Source: an uncultured Elusimicrobia bacterium
GTDB lineage: Bacteria > Elusimicrobiota > Elusimicrobia > 2-01-FULL-59-12
Direction: 5' to 3'
Length of the DNA: 64,000 nucleotides
Assembly (NCBI GenBank): GCA_963702895.1
Contig: OY969767.1
Location: 1,440,001 to 1,504,000 of the forward strand
Shown one piece after another: positions 62,804 to 64,000 of the stretch (position 1 is the first letter of the stretch; each line of letters opens with the position of its first letter). Both the position numbers and the translations under genes were made by a program. The notes below the pieces were generated by a model. The model saw nothing but the letters and a program-made list of their open reading frames with translations, did not search any database and had not been told where the DNA came from.

Positions 62804-63304
62804 TTAGGGGTGAACTTTCGGGCTCAGCTGGAGAACGAGGTCCATTTCATCGTTGACCGACGCCATGGCCAGGCGCGACTCCCGAATGAGCACAAGGCTT
62901 GCGTAGAAAAGGCATGCCACCGCCAACAGACCCATGGGGATGGGCAGCCACGTCAATCGTCCCACGACCGCGACGACACCCGCCACGACACTCGTCCCGA
63001 TCAGGCAGCTTAAGGACATGTAGAGCAGTGTCATCGTTTGCTGGAGGATGCGGGAGCGCTGGGTTAAGCGCTCGAGCTGGACAAACAAAAGTCGGCGCCG
63101 TTCTTGATACAAGGGGTGCGAAGCGGAGCTTTCAGCCCACTGTTGAAATTCCTGGGCAATGCGGTGAGCTTTATCAATCACACGGGACAAACGTTGGGCC
63201 GTGGCGCCGATCAAGGACGCGCAGGCTAGAATCAGCAGAGACGGCGTGATGATCGCCGAAAGCATCGAAAGACTTGTTCCTAAGGGCGTCATGGTATTGC
63301 TCAA
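62804..63304 (-). CDS. DUF2721-like membrane protein
   Basis: AIITPSLLI, RLSRVID, three TMs. Confidence 0.72.
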   Translation of the reverse strand: MSNTMTPLGTSLSMLSAIITPSLLILACASLIGATAQRLSRVIDKAHRIAQEFQQWAESSASHPLYQERRRLLFVQLERLTQRSRILQQTMTLLYMSLSCLIGTSVVAGVVAVVGRLTWLPIPMGLLAVACLFYASLVLIRESRLAMASVNDEMDLVLQLSPKVHP

Positions 63305-63368
63305 ACCTTCATGATGGAAAGACTTGTGCTCATGATCGTCGAAGGGCCCATTTTATCATATGGCCTTC

Positions 63369-63836
63369 TTAGGCTCCCCGGTTCAGGCGCCAGAGGACGA
63401 AGTTGAGGACGGTGGCGAAGCCGACCCAGGCGAGGTACGGCAGCATCAGGGCGCCGGCGGCGCGGTCCTCGCGCCAGAACAGCGCGGTGACGGCCAGGAT
63501 CATCCCCCACAGTGCCACGATGTCCACGAAGGCGAGATCCGGCCGGTGCAACCCAAAGAAAAGGTAGGACCAGAGGGCGTTGAGCCCGAGTTGGACAATG
63601 AAGAAAGCAAGGGCGGCCCCAGCGCCTGAAAATCCAGCCTTTCGCCACACCAGCCAGGCCGCTGTGGCCATCATCAGATAGAGCGCCGTCCAGACCGGCG
63701 CGAAAACACCGCTGGGTGGGTTCCAGGAGGGTTTGACGAGCGACGCGTACCACTCGCCCGGCATAAACTGCGATCCTATCCAGGCCGCCGCCAAGGTGAG
63801 CGCCATCCACCCCATCAAACCGGCGACATTGATCAT
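63369..63836 (-). CDS. tspO: TspO/MBR tryptophan-rich sensory protein
   Basis: WY..LVKPSWNPP, PVWTALY, PYLAWVGFA; AAGGAGG RBS. Confidence 0.93.
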   Translation of the reverse strand: MINVAGLMGWMALTLAAAWIGSQFMPGEWYASLVKPSWNPPSGVFAPVWTALYLMMATAAWLVWRKAGFSGAGAALAFFIVQLGLNALWSYLFFGLHRPDLAFVDIVALWGMILAVTALFWREDRAAGALMLPYLAWVGFATVLNFVLWRLNRGA

Positions 63837-63849
63837 TCGTTTTGCCTCC

Positions 63850-63999
63850 TTAGTTATAGAGATGTTTGAATGCCGAGATCCTACGCCGCGTGCGATGGCC
63901 GTTAAAGGAGTAAACCTCGATCTGTGTGCCAAAACCTTCTTTGGCGATGTAGAGGACGATTTCCTTCCAGCCATCCCCGTCGATGTCCAGGCAGCTTAA
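63850..63999 (-). CDS. C-terminal fragment of protein with DxDGDG (FG-GAP/VCBS-like) motif
   Basis: Manual translation LSCLDIDGDGWKEIVLY...LYN*. Confidence 0.5.
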   Translation of the reverse strand, partial: LSCLDIDGDGWKEIVLYIAKEGFGTQIEVYSFNGHRTRRRISAFKHLYN

Positions 64000-64000
64000 A

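Overview
GC-rich chromosomal segment from a diderm bacterium, almost entirely coded on the minus strand. An archaeal-type DnaK, a PorV-like protein and TPR-fused O-antigen-ligase-like proteins point to Elusimicrobiota (inference). About 1-56 kb is housekeeping: dnaK-grpE-hrcA with a CIRCE element; hemW, lepB, lepA; a PTS/GH57/rapZ/hprK/ptsN/hpf cluster; lptBAC-kdsD-kdsA-pyrG-kdsB; LPS core and lipid A genes, with lpxK frameshifted at a G4 run; secDF-yajC-tgt-queA; and ruvBAC-yebC. Several palindromic repeat families lie in frame inside tgt, queA and ruvC. About 56.2-61.2 kb is a lower-GC accessory patch around an intact tRNA-Thr(CGU). It holds two orphan tRNA-Thr 3' halves, each with the same 46-bp double-hairpin element inserted at the same T-loop position but in opposite orientations. 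It also has an orphan tRNA 5' half, 11-bp phased direct repeats, and a complete IS4-family element (IRs plus 9-bp TSD) that disrupts a DUF4160/DUF2442 toxin-antitoxin-like pair. All family calls come from motif recognition; no searches were run.
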